A DNA stretch of 64,000 bases from Synechococcus sp. (GTDB lineage Bacteria; Cyanobacteriota; Cyanobacteriia; PCC-6307; Cyanobiaceae). The stretch spans positions 480,001-544,000 of the forward strand of contig JBJBDL010000003.1 in the NCBI GenBank assembly GCA_047285305.1, given 5' to 3'. A program made the position numbers and the translations under genes. Of this stretch, positions 17,989-27,378 are shown piece by piece (positions within the stretch are counted from its first letter, which is position 1; each line of letters starts with the position of its first letter). The notes under the pieces were generated by a model that saw only the letters and a list, made by a program, of their open reading frames with translations, did no database searches and was not told where the DNA came from.

Positions 17989-19530
17989 TCAGGCGGTTTC
18001 GCCTTCGTGCAGGTCTGCGAAGGACCCCTTGGGCTCCTTCAGGAAGAAGAAGCAGAAGAAGGCCACGATCAGACCGGCCACGCCCAGGATCTGGAAGAAG
18101 GCACTGTTGGAAGCCGCGATCACCTCGGGGGTGGGTTCGCCGCCGCCGCCCATCCACATCGGCAGGAGGCTGAAGATGGTCAGGTAGGTCACAGCGCCAA
18201 CGTTGCCGTAGGCACCCACCAGGCCGGCCACCTGACCGGTGACGCGACGCTTCACCAGGGGCACCAGCGCGAAGGTGGCGCCTTCACCGGACTGCACGAA
18301 GAAGGAGGCGAGCATGGTGATCACCACGGCAACGGCGATGCCGGTGGTGCCGGTGAAGGTGCCGGGCTTGATCATGCTCATCACCAGGTAGCCCACGCCG
18401 AGACCGGCGGTGAGGAAGCCCATGGTGTTCTTGCGGCTGCCGACGCGGTCGGAGATCAGACCGCCAGCAGGACGGGCGACCAGGTTCACGAAAGCGAAGC
18501 AGGACGCCAGGATTCCGGCGGTGGCCTTCGGCAGATCGAAGGTGGTTTCAAAGAAGGTGGGCAGCATCGAAACCACGGCCAGTTCGGAGCCGAAGTTCAC
18601 GATGTAGGTGAGCTCGAGGATCGCCACCTGGCGGAACTCGTAGCGATCTTCCTTGGGATAAACCTTGTTGCCGAGGATCAGGTCGCGGTTGGTGCGGATG
18701 ATTCCCCAGGTCTGGAAGGCAAACCAGACTGCGACGGCGCCGAGGGCCAGGGGGTAGGTGCTTGCGGTGAGGAAGCCCACCTTGGACAGGCGCCAGCAGA
18801 GCACGCAGAGGATGGCTGCGAAGGGCACGTTCATGCCCAGCAGACCCCAGAAGTCGCGCATTGAGGTGACTTCCAGACCTGCGGTTTTCGCAGGGCGCTG
18901 ATACGTCTTGCCGGGGGGGGTGTCGGTGACGTTGAAGAAGTAGAAGCAGCCGTAAACGGCGGAGACGATGCCGGTCAGAGCGATCGCACCGCGCCAGTTC
19001 AGAACAGCACCGGTGGGCAGTTCGAAACCGCCGGAGAAGGAGAGGAAGCCAGCGAGGGCCACCATGCTGAGGGCGGAGAAGGCGGAGCCGAAGTTGCCCC
19101 AGCCGCCATAGATGCCTTCTGCCAGGCCGATTTCCTTGGGCGGGAACCACTCAGCCACCATGCGGATGCCGATCACGAAGCCGGCGCCAACGATGGAGAG
19201 CAGCAGACGGGCCACCACCAGCTGGTTGAAGTCCTGAGCGGACGCAAACAGCAGGCAGGGAATCGCCGAGAACACCAGGATCGAGGAGTAGGTGATCCGG
19301 GGTCCGAATTTGTCCAGCAGCATGCCGATCAGCACGCGCGCCGGAATGGTGAGGGCCACGTTGCAGATGGCCACTGTGCGGATCTGACCAACGGTCAGAC
19401 CCAGGTCCGCTTTCACGGTGGTGGCCAGAGGGGCCAGGTTGAACCAGACCACGAAGGTCAGGAAGAAGGCGATCCAGGTCAGGTGAAGGGTTCGGTACCT
19501 GCCCTGGAACGACCAAAGGTCGCCAAGCAT
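17989..19530 (-). CDS. nrtP: Nitrate/nitrite MFS permease (NarK/NNP family)
   Basis: GGWGNFG and GAYGNVG nitrate signatures; upstream of narB. Confidence 0.95.
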   Translation of the reverse strand: MLGDLWSFQGRYRTLHLTWIAFFLTFVVWFNLAPLATTVKADLGLTVGQIRTVAICNVALTIPARVLIGMLLDKFGPRITYSSILVFSAIPCLLFASAQDFNQLVVARLLLSIVGAGFVIGIRMVAEWFPPKEIGLAEGIYGGWGNFGSAFSALSMVALAGFLSFSGGFELPTGAVLNWRGAIALTGIVSAVYGCFYFFNVTDTPPGKTYQRPAKTAGLEVTSMRDFWGLLGMNVPFAAILCVLCWRLSKVGFLTASTYPLALGAVAVWFAFQTWGIIRTNRDLILGNKVYPKEDRYEFRQVAILELTYIVNFGSELAVVSMLPTFFETTFDLPKATAGILASCFAFVNLVARPAGGLISDRVGSRKNTMGFLTAGLGVGYLVMSMIKPGTFTGTTGIAVAVVITMLASFFVQSGEGATFALVPLVKRRVTGQVAGLVGAYGNVGAVTYLTIFSLLPMWMGGGGEPTPEVIAASNSAFFQILGVAGLIVAFFCFFFLKEPKGSFADLHEGETA

Positions 19531-19648
19531 TGAGGAGAAGAGAAGGAACCTCGGGCTTCAAAAGGAAAGGTGCCCGGGGATGGCAAAACGGTCGAAAAGA
19601 GAATCCGTTTAACCCGCGCAGTTAATCAATTCACCGACCCCTTGTTTG

Positions 19649-19662
19649 GTCGGATTGGTTAC
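19649..19662 (-). promoter_or_regulatory. NtcA-like site of the nrtP promoter
   Basis: Minus strand GTAaccaatccGAC, with TTAACT 23 nt downstream; a second GTA-N8-AAC lies at 19744-19757. Confidence 0.5.
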
Positions 19663-19804
19663 CGATTTGTGTTTTTGTGTTTCCAGGCAAACATCAATGG
19701 GGCTGATTGATCGGATCAGGTGATCTTGTGCCGCAGCGGTTTGGTAGCGGTTGCAACTTTTTTGGGTTGTTGGACTTTGCTGGTGCAGATTGTTGGTCGA
19801 CGAT

Positions 19805-20389
19805 GTGAATCAAGGCTTGCGGGTTTGTGTGCTCAGTGGCGGAAGCAGCCGTCGCATGGGGCGTGACAAGGCCCTCTTGCCGCACCCCTCCGGTGGTGTC
19901 TGGCTCACGGCCCTGGTTGACCAGCTGTTGCCGCTCGGTCATCCGGTGCAGGTGTTGAGTCGTCATCCCGTGCATGCAGAGCTGCTGGCCCACCAGCCCG
20001 GATGTTCCGTGGTGCTGGAGTCCCCTCCCTGGAATGGCCCCCTGCAGGCGCTGGCCAGGCTGTTGCCGTCTCAGCCTGGAGAGGCCTTGTTGGTGCTGCC
20101 GGTGGACATGCCGCGTTTGCGCACGGCCGTTGTCCAGCAGCTGATCGCAGCCTGGAATCGTGCCCCGGAGCAAGCAGCGGTGGCCCATGACGGGCAACGG
20201 CTGCAGCCGTTGCTGGCGGTGATCCCCTCCGGTTCTCCCTTCCGCTCCTGCCTTGATCAGCAACTGCAACGCGGAGAGTTGCGCTGGATGGATTGGTTGA
20301 CCTGCGTTCCCCATCAGGCGGTGCGCTTGCCTGCGGAGGCGTTGGTGAATGCCAACTGCCCCGAAGATCTGGCAGCTTTGGATGGATGA
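19805..20389 (+). CDS. mobA: Molybdenum cofactor guanylyltransferase
   Basis: LSGGSSRRMGRDKA, GPL, VDMP, NAN.PEDL. Confidence 0.9.
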   Translation: MNQGLRVCVLSGGSSRRMGRDKALLPHPSGGVWLTALVDQLLPLGHPVQVLSRHPVHAELLAHQPGCSVVLESPPWNGPLQALARLLPSQPGEALLVLPVDMPRLRTAVVQQLIAAWNRAPEQAAVAHDGQRLQPLLAVIPSGSPFRSCLDQQLQRGELRWMDWLTCVPHQAVRLPAEALVNANCPEDLAALDG

Positions 20390-21429
20390 GCACGTCGCTG
20401 CCGCTTGCAGACCGCCTCAACCGGCCCATCGGGGTGCTGCGGTTGTCGCTCACGGCCCGCTGCAATCTCGCCTGTCCGTACTGCTGTCCGGATGTGGAGG
20501 AGCCCCCTGGCCTGCTCACCCTTGAGCAGCAGATTCGCGTGATTCGTGTGGCCACGCGCCTGGGGGCACAAACGTTGCGGCTCACCGGTGGAGAGCCGTT
20601 GTTGAGCCGGCGTTTGTTGCCTTTGCTGGAGGCGGTGGCTCAGGCCCGGCGGGATCGTTCGGATCCGATGGCCGGTTTGCAGGCCGTGGCGCTCACCAGC
20701 AACGGGGTGCTGTTGTCGGAACCGATGGCGCGGGCGTTGCGTGCCGCAGGGCTGGATCGCATCACCATCAGCCTGGATGCGGCGGAAGGGGAAGCAGCGG
20801 CGCGCATGGCTGGCCTCCAGGGTGGTGCCGTGGCTGGTGAACGCCTGGTGCGCCAGGTGCAGGACGGCATTGCGGCGGCCTGCGCCGCTGGCTTTGACCC
20901 CTCACGCGGTGAGCTCAAACTCAATGCCGTGATCCAACGGGGGATCAATGACGATCAGCTGTTGCCTTTGGCCGCTTTGGCGCGGCAGCAAGGGATGGAG
21001 CTGCGTTTGATCGAATACATGGATGTGGGCAACCGCAATCAGTGGACGCTGGATCAGGTGCTGCCGGCGGCGCAGATGGTGGAGCGCATTCATGCCCGTT
21101 GGCCTCTTGAACCGCTGGGTCGACCGCGAGGTGGGACGGCCCGGCGTTGGCGCTATGGCGATGGCGCCGGATCCATCGGTGTGATCGCCTCCATCAGTGA
21201 GCCGTTCTGCGGGGATTGCAACCGCTTGCGTGTCACCGCCGATGGGCAGGCGTTCACCTGCCTGTTCTCCGCTGAAGGCACCGATCTCAAGCCCGCGCTC
21301 GCGTCGGAGCTTCAGCTTGAGCAGGCCATGCGCCAGCTCTGGCAGCGGCGCCAAGACCGCTACAGCGAGGAGCGTGATCCAGGTGCCGCTGCGTCAACCC
21401 ATGCGGAAATGGCGTATCTGGGGGGCTGA
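20386..21429 (+). CDS. moaA: GTP 3',8-cyclase (radical SAM)
   Basis: CNLACPYC, LTGGEPL, FCGDCNR.R..ADG, C-terminal GG. Confidence 0.95.
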   Translation: MSTSLPLADRLNRPIGVLRLSLTARCNLACPYCCPDVEEPPGLLTLEQQIRVIRVATRLGAQTLRLTGGEPLLSRRLLPLLEAVAQARRDRSDPMAGLQAVALTSNGVLLSEPMARALRAAGLDRITISLDAAEGEAAARMAGLQGGAVAGERLVRQVQDGIAAACAAGFDPSRGELKLNAVIQRGINDDQLLPLAALARQQGMELRLIEYMDVGNRNQWTLDQVLPAAQMVERIHARWPLEPLGRPRGGTARRWRYGDGAGSIGVIASISEPFCGDCNRLRVTADGQAFTCLFSAEGTDLKPALASELQLEQAMRQLWQRRQDRYSEERDPGAAASTHAEMAYLGG

Positions 21430-21508
21430 ACCGTCGTGATCGTCACCGTTTTTGCGTGATGCCCTCGGTACAACGGGGCAGCTGAAGGATCCCTCAGGAT
21501 CCATCGAC

Positions 21509-22000
21509 ATGTTTGAACTGCTGGCCTACGAGCGCTTCCGCGACACCCCGTCGGTTCGTTTTTTCGACGTCACCGTGGACACCTCGAACGCGCGCGACCT
21601 GGTGATTCACAGCGGCCCGGCTGTGTCGCCCCCCAACGACCCGCAGAGCGGAGCGTGGCAGTTCTATCTGCATCCTCATCAGGAAGACAATCTGCTCGCG
21701 GCCAGTGGCGGCAGAACCTTCTTCCTGGTGAACCTGGCCTGGGAACAGCCGTTCCACATCGTTCGGCTCGAGAGCGGTGGTGACATCCTTCGTATCCCTC
21801 CTGGCACCTTCCACCGTTCGATCTCCGATCCCGATGGTTCCGTCGTTCTGAACCAGGCGGTTCGTGAGGAGGGCGCTTCTCTGGTACGGGAATTCCGCGT
21901 CTACAACAGCGCCAAGATCCCGGCCTTGATGGCAGCCACCCACAGCTCGGCGCCGAAGCCCCAGTTGCACGGGGTGGAACCGTTGCTTCAGGCGGCCTGA
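21509..22000 (+). CDS. RmlC-like cupin domain protein
   Basis: HPHQED...GGRTF and LRIPPGTFHRS cupin motifs. Confidence 0.7.
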   Translation: MFELLAYERFRDTPSVRFFDVTVDTSNARDLVIHSGPAVSPPNDPQSGAWQFYLHPHQEDNLLAASGGRTFFLVNLAWEQPFHIVRLESGGDILRIPPGTFHRSISDPDGSVVLNQAVREEGASLVREFRVYNSAKIPALMAATHSSAPKPQLHGVEPLLQAA

Positions 22001-22887
22001 ACCAGGTTGCCTGAGGAGGTTTCCGTTGCGGAGGCTTCCTCGGTGATCTGAATCTGCCAGTTCAGTTCACTGTGTGTTCCTGGGGGGCCGCTGAAGCTGC
22101 CGCTCACGGCTGCGGTGAGTTCTGGCTTAGAGGAGGTGGCTAGCACCACATAGCGCTCGTTCACTTCCATCCCGGCACTGGGATCAAAGCCCCGCCAGCC
22201 CGCTCCCGGGAGGTAAACCTCCGCCCAGGCATGCAGGTCGTATTCCTTCGGGGGAGGTTGGTGCAGTTGATAGCCGCTCACAAATCGGGCCGGAAGACCC
22301 ACCACGCGGCAGCAGGCAACCATGAGCATGGCCAGATCACGGCACGAGCCGATCCGCTCGCGCAGGGTTCGGCCCGCTGGCCAGGCGGGTCCTATGTGGC
22401 GTTGGGTGTATTTCACCCGCTCTTGAATTAGTTCAATCAGTTGCTTCAGAAAGGCCAGGGTTTGCTGGTTGCTGCCCATCAGGGCTTCTTGTGTGAGATC
22501 GATTGCTGCGGGTTCGTGCTGACCATTGGGCAACCAGCCCTCCAGGGCTCCCTGTAGGTCGCTGTTGAGTTGGCCTCGCGGGTACGGAAGGGGTGGTTCC
22601 AGTCCGTTGAAGCAGCTTTCCAGCGTTGGTGCCGATCGGGTCTCCACCAGGCTGCGGGCTTCAAAGACCAATTCATCGGTGCTGCCGAGAAAACGGAGCC
22701 GTTGGATTTCGTCGCCGCTGGCGGCCACCAGCTCCCGACGTTGCTCCGGTTCCGGCAGAACATTGAGCTGATGCTCCAGCAGGGTCTGAAACCCCTGCCC
22801 CCGAGGCCTCAGACAAAGGCGATGTTCCCCGAGGAAAACCGGGGCGTCATACCGATACGTCAGGCGGTGAACGATGAGAGCGCGCAT
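21988..22887 (-). CDS. Bacterial transglutaminase-like protein
   Basis: N-terminal H.LTYRY...LRPR domain; Cys-His-Asp triad GSCRDLA/HAWAEVY/FDP. Confidence 0.9.
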   Translation of the reverse strand: MRALIVHRLTYRYDAPVFLGEHRLCLRPRGQGFQTLLEHQLNVLPEPEQRRELVAASGDEIQRLRFLGSTDELVFEARSLVETRSAPTLESCFNGLEPPLPYPRGQLNSDLQGALEGWLPNGQHEPAAIDLTQEALMGSNQQTLAFLKQLIELIQERVKYTQRHIGPAWPAGRTLRERIGSCRDLAMLMVACCRVVGLPARFVSGYQLHQPPPKEYDLHAWAEVYLPGAGWRGFDPSAGMEVNERYVVLATSSKPELTAAVSGSFSGPPGTHSELNWQIQITEEASATETSSGNLVQAA

Positions 22888-23855
22888 GCGGGATCGGTGG
22901 AGGTGGAACGGAGGTCGGCGCTCGTGAAGTAGCGCGTCTGGATCAGGCTGTGGAGTTGGTTGAGGTCCTGCTGAAGCTGGTCAATGGCTTCATGCAGACC
23001 TGCTTCGATCAGGTTGTCGATCCGCACATAGCTCCAGCGGGCCAGGAGCTGTCCGCGCAAGCAGTCGAGGTCATCCGGCGTGTCTTGGCTCGGGTGCTGC
23101 TGGATCTGTTGCAAGGTGTCGCTGATGCCTTGGAGGCAGTACCGCACCGACCGAGGAAAGATGGGGTCCAGTAGCAAAAAGCGGGCCACGGAGGCAGGGC
23201 TGATCGCGTGCTGCCTGCTCTGGCGGTACATCTGATAAGCGCCCGCTGTGCGCAGCAGGGTGATCCACTGCAGTTCATCCAGGACGCCGCCAACCTCCTC
23301 AGGGGAGGGCAGCAGCAGGAAATACTTAACGTCGAGGATGCGGGAGGTTTTGTCGGCGCGTTCGATCAAACGTCCCAGCTGACTGAACAGCCAGCTCAGA
23401 TCGCGGCTCAGGGTCGTGTCGGTGATCCCGTAAACGAGCTGGCAGCCGCGGCGGATGATCCGCAGTTGCTCCTGCACTGGTTCCCTCCAGATGTCTTCGT
23501 CGTCCTGCAGGCTCCAGTGCAGATCATTGATCTGCTCCCACATCTCCGTGGTGATCACATCCCTGATCTGCCGTGCGTTCTCCCGGGCCATCGCAATGCA
23601 GCTCACGATGCTGTTGGGATTGCTTCGGTCCAGCAGCAGGAAGCGCACTACCTGTTTGGGCGTGGCATCGGGATAGGTCGTATCGAAGCGGTGGCGATCC
23701 CCCGTCACCTCCACCAGCGGCAGCCACGGTTCGGCGCTGCCCGGAGGACAGTCCAGTGCCATTGCTTCACTCACCTCCAAAAAGCGCGAGATGTTTTCGG
23801 CGCGTTCCAGATAGCGGTTGATCCAATAGAGCGAATCGGCAACGCGGCTCAGCAC
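22860..23855 (-). CDS. Alpha-E domain protein (DUF403)
   Basis: MLSRVADSLYWINRYLERAE and ERADKTSRILDVK repeats. Confidence 0.9.
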   Translation of the reverse strand: MLSRVADSLYWINRYLERAENISRFLEVSEAMALDCPPGSAEPWLPLVEVTGDRHRFDTTYPDATPKQVVRFLLLDRSNPNSIVSCIAMARENARQIRDVITTEMWEQINDLHWSLQDDEDIWREPVQEQLRIIRRGCQLVYGITDTTLSRDLSWLFSQLGRLIERADKTSRILDVKYFLLLPSPEEVGGVLDELQWITLLRTAGAYQMYRQSRQHAISPASVARFLLLDPIFPRSVRYCLQGISDTLQQIQQHPSQDTPDDLDCLRGQLLARWSYVRIDNLIEAGLHEAIDQLQQDLNQLHSLIQTRYFTSADLRSTSTDPACALSSFTA

Positions 23856-25324
23856 GGCACAGTCTCCTGGGGTTGTGGTGACGCCATCCGTTGGTCGTCG
23901 ACGATCCAGGTGTCCTTGCAGCCGCCGCCCTGGGACGAATTCACTACCAGCGAGCCCCGCTTGAGGGCCACGCGCGTCAGCCCCCCTGGACTCACCCAGC
24001 TGCTTGCGCCGCGCAGCACATAGGGGCGCAGATCAACGTGGCATGGGTAGAGCTCACCGTCACTGAGGGACGGCACGGTGGAGAGTTGCAGCGTGGGCTG
24101 CGCGATGAAGTTGCGGGGATTCGCACGGATCTTCGTGTCGAAGTCCGCCAGCTCCGATCGGCTGGCCTGGGGGCCGATCAGCATTCCGTAGCCTCCGGCT
24201 TCCGCTACCGACTTAACCACCAGCTGCTCGAGGTGTTCGAGCACGTAGCGCCGGTCGTCCGGTCTGGCACAGAGATAGGTGGGAACATTCTCGATGATCG
24301 GCTCCTCATCGAGGTAGTAGCCGATCATTGCCGGCACGTGGGCGTAGATCAGCTTGTCGTCGGCGACGCCGGTGCCAGGGGCGTTGGCGATGGCGACCCG
24401 TCCTTGCCGCAGCACGTCGATGAGGCCCGGCACCCCCAGGATCGATTCCTTGCGGAACACGGTGGGATCGAGAAAATCGTCGTCGATCCGGCGGTAGATC
24501 ACATCCACGGGCTTAAGGCCGTTGGTGCTGCGCATCCACACCCGGCCGTCTTCGCACACCAGATCGCGCCCCTCCACCAGGTGAATTCCCATTTCTTGGG
24601 CCAGGTAGCTGTGTTCGAAATAGGCGCTGTTGAAGACCCCGGGCGTCAGGATCGCCACGCGGGGCGTGTCACTGCAGGGCGCTAGGTCTTGAAGGGTGCG
24701 CAGCAGATGGGAGGGATAGTCGTCGATCGGTTGAACGGCACGCCCCTCAAACAGGCCAGAGAACAACCGCTTCATCACCCGACGGTTCTCGAGGAAATAG
24801 GCCACACCGGATGGACACCGCAGGTTGTCTTCCAGCACCCGCCAGGTGCCATTGCCGTCGCGGATCAGGTCGAGCCCGGAGATGTGGCACCAGCGGTTGA
24901 GGGGCAGGCTGATGCCCTGCATCTGAGGTCGCCAACCGGAGGAACTTTCAACGTCTTCCCGTGGGATCACACCGTCGTTGAGGATCTGCTGGGGGCCATA
25001 GATGTCGGCGAGGAAGCAGTCGATGGCTTCCAGGCGTTGCAGCAGTCCCCGCTCCAGAGTCATCCAATCGCTGCGGCCGATTAGCCGAGGCAAGGGATCG
25101 AAGGGGAGGATTCGTTCGCTGCCTTTGAGGCCGGAATCGTTCAGGCGGAAGGTGGCGCCGAGGCGACGCAGCAGCTGGCTGGCTGAGGCATGGCTGCGGT
25201 TGAGCTCGGGCAATCCCATCTGCCCCAGTGATGCGAGTAGTGGGGCCAGATCGGCGCGTGGCCTGGCCGTTTCACCGCAGAAATATTCGTCGAAGCCGAC
25301 CGTTGGTTTGTAGTCGGTGAACAT
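23849..25324 (-). CDS. Circularly permuted type 2 ATP-grasp protein (DUF404/407)
   Basis: PFDPLPR, LEDNLRCPSG, NSAYFEH, DLRPY, VVNSSQGGG.KDTW; ATG at 25324. Confidence 0.92.
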   Translation of the reverse strand: MFTDYKPTVGFDEYFCGETARPRADLAPLLASLGQMGLPELNRSHASASQLLRRLGATFRLNDSGLKGSERILPFDPLPRLIGRSDWMTLERGLLQRLEAIDCFLADIYGPQQILNDGVIPREDVESSSGWRPQMQGISLPLNRWCHISGLDLIRDGNGTWRVLEDNLRCPSGVAYFLENRRVMKRLFSGLFEGRAVQPIDDYPSHLLRTLQDLAPCSDTPRVAILTPGVFNSAYFEHSYLAQEMGIHLVEGRDLVCEDGRVWMRSTNGLKPVDVIYRRIDDDFLDPTVFRKESILGVPGLIDVLRQGRVAIANAPGTGVADDKLIYAHVPAMIGYYLDEEPIIENVPTYLCARPDDRRYVLEHLEQLVVKSVAEAGGYGMLIGPQASRSELADFDTKIRANPRNFIAQPTLQLSTVPSLSDGELYPCHVDLRPYVLRGASSWVSPGGLTRVALKRGSLVVNSSQGGGCKDTWIVDDQRMASPQPQETVPC

Positions 25325-25375
25325 TCTGATCGCACAAGCCAGGTGTATCCAAGGCGTCGCCCCACTCCACTTCGG

Positions 25376-25389
25376 GTGGTGGTTGCTAC
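25376..25389. promoter_or_regulatory. NtcA-like site in the divergent promoter between the ATP-grasp operon and the symporter operon
   Basis: GTGgtggttgcTAC (GTA-N8-CAC on minus). Confidence 0.5.
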
Positions 25390-25525
25390 ACATTCCGCAA
25401 TTTCAGGCGATCAGCGTTTGATCAACTGTTGTTTGGGTATCCGAAGGCACCTGAATGGAGGGCACAGGGCCAGGGCTTTTTGCCTTCTTTGCTTATCTGT
25501 TTCTGGAGTTCAAACGCTCTTCGCC

Positions 25526-25651
25526 TTGGATGAATTGCTATGGGCGCGTCTGATCTTTGCCCTTGGTGCCGTTGTGACAGCGGCGACGGTGGTGATGATT
25601 CTGCGCGGACACATTTATTGGAACCGCAGGGGGTCGACGGATGTCCGCTGA
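25526..25651 (+). CDS. 41-aa single-TM protein preceding the symporter
   Basis: MDELLWARLIFALGAVVTAATVVMILRGHIYWNRRGSTDVR*; TTG start inferred; overlaps the symporter start. Confidence 0.5.
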   Translation: MDELLWARLIFALGAVVTAATVVMILRGHIYWNRRGSTDVR

Positions 25652-27071
25652 TTCGGTTCCCTTTCTTCAGCCCGGGATCGCTTGGGCGTTGGTGGTGCTG
25701 TTCTCTGTTCTGTGGGTGGCGCTGGGGATTGCCTGGGGCCGGCGCGGTCGAGGCAATGCCGACGACTACATGCTGGCGGGGCGCAACATAGGGCTGGCCC
25801 TGAGTACTGCCACGTTGATGGCCTCCTGGGTCACCGGCAACACCACCCTGCTCGCCCCTGAATTCGGCTACAAAACCGGCCTATGGGGCATGTTCAGCTA
25901 TGCCCTGGCCGGCCTTGGCCTGATTCTGTTCGCCCCTCTGGCCTCGCGGATCAAGCAGTTGATGCCCAACGGGCGCACCAGCGGCGACTTCATTCGCCTG
26001 CGCTATGGGCGTCTGGCCTGGTGGGTGTTCATGCTGATCACCGCGATCTACACCCTGGGCTTTCTAATGACCCAGGCGATGGGTGCTGGACTGCTGCTGC
26101 AGGCGCTTTCAGGCTTTGACTACCACGTGGGAATGGTTGTGGTGATTGGTGTCGCCACCGTCTACACCCTGTTTGGCGGAATGCGGGCTGTGATCGGCAC
26201 CGATTTCATTCAGTCGCTGTTGATCATGGTTTTGCTTGCGGTGGTGGCGGTGCTCGCCTTCCGTCAATTCCCGATGCCTGAGGTGCATGCCTCCTTGCTG
26301 GCCCGGCATCCCGATCGGCTTGATCTTCTGCTCCCGGCGGGCTTATTGATCGCCTGGAATTCCGCCCTCTTTTCGATGGGCGAGGTGTTTCACAACAACA
26401 TCTGGTGGTCCCGGGTCTTCGCCAGCCGGCGCTCGGTCGTGATGACGTCATTCGTGTTGGGGGGAATTGCCTGGATGAGCGTGCCGATGGTGACGGGCTC
26501 AATCGGACTGGTGGCCTTGGCCCGTGAGTTGCCTCTCGAGCAGGTGAACATGGTGTTTCCCGTGATGGCAGCCGATCTGCTCGGTGCGGGGGGCGCGGCC
26601 TTGGTGTTTGTGGTGGTGTTTGCCTCGCTCACCTCCACCCTCGACTCGCTGCTGGCATCCACCGCCGATTTGTTGGCGGAGGATGTGTACTTCCGCATGT
26701 TGCGGCCTCAGGCCAGCGACCTGCAGCTCAAGCAGGCGGCGCGGCTGATGGTGGTGGGATTGGCCGTCGTCACCCTGGCGCTGTCCTGGCCGCGGCTGGA
26801 TTCGCTGGCGTCGGTGCTGTTCTTCACCGGTGCCCTGGTGGCCTCCACGGTCTGGCCTGTTGCCTGCGGTTTGTACTGGCGCACGGCCAACCGCACGGCT
26901 GCCATTGCGGCCATGCTTGCCGGCAGCGTTGTAGGTCTGCTCGCCTATGTGCTGATCGCGCCCTATTGCGCTGCTGTGTTTTCGGCGGCTGTGTCGGCGA
27001 TTGTGATGCTGATGGGCAGTCGGATCTGGCCGGAACGCTTTGACTTCACCTTGCTGCAGGAGGAGGGATGA
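25641..27071 (+). CDS. Sodium:solute symporter (SSS family, DUR3/PutP-like)
   Basis: DYMLAGR, ASW, YTLFGGMRAVIGTDFIQ, STLDS; many TM helices. Confidence 0.9.
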   Translation: MSADSVPFLQPGIAWALVVLFSVLWVALGIAWGRRGRGNADDYMLAGRNIGLALSTATLMASWVTGNTTLLAPEFGYKTGLWGMFSYALAGLGLILFAPLASRIKQLMPNGRTSGDFIRLRYGRLAWWVFMLITAIYTLGFLMTQAMGAGLLLQALSGFDYHVGMVVVIGVATVYTLFGGMRAVIGTDFIQSLLIMVLLAVVAVLAFRQFPMPEVHASLLARHPDRLDLLLPAGLLIAWNSALFSMGEVFHNNIWWSRVFASRRSVVMTSFVLGGIAWMSVPMVTGSIGLVALARELPLEQVNMVFPVMAADLLGAGGAALVFVVVFASLTSTLDSLLASTADLLAEDVYFRMLRPQASDLQLKQAARLMVVGLAVVTLALSWPRLDSLASVLFFTGALVASTVWPVACGLYWRTANRTAAIAAMLAGSVVGLLAYVLIAPYCAAVFSAAVSAIVMLMGSRIWPERFDFTLLQEEG

Positions 27072-27217
27072 TCCAAACGCTTCCTTTGATGGCTGGCCTC
27101 GTTGGTCTGTCTGGCTTTCAGTTTTTGCTGGTGGCCAGTCAGTTCGCTCTGGTGCTGTCGGTGCTCGTGCTGCTGCTGATTTGGTGGGTGGAGTGGCGCA
27201 ATGGGCGGGTTTGGTGA
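27068..27217 (+). CDS. 49-aa hydrophobic membrane protein following the symporter
   Basis: ATGA overlap with the symporter stop, AGGAGG immediately upstream; MIQTLPLMAGLVGLSGFQFLLVASQFALVLSVLVLLLIWWVEWRNGRVW*. Confidence 0.65.
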   Translation: MIQTLPLMAGLVGLSGFQFLLVASQFALVLSVLVLLLIWWVEWRNGRVW

Positions 27218-27378
27218 TGTCTTCTTAAACCCGTCACCACAGCACAATCTTTTCCGGAGGTTTGATTAAGAAGCTGGTTCTTCGTGGACGCAGCAGTGTT
27301 GTTGTTGTTACCGGTGAAAGATGTAGTTCCTGGCTTTAGCACTCGGTTTGGCAAACAGAGTGTTGACCCGATCCCGCT

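Noticed and set aside
27298..27311. GTT-N8-TAC upstream of the carbamoyltransferase
   Set aside because: It lies in a (GTT)n low-complexity run with no well-spaced -10, so it could be chance; not listed as a feature.
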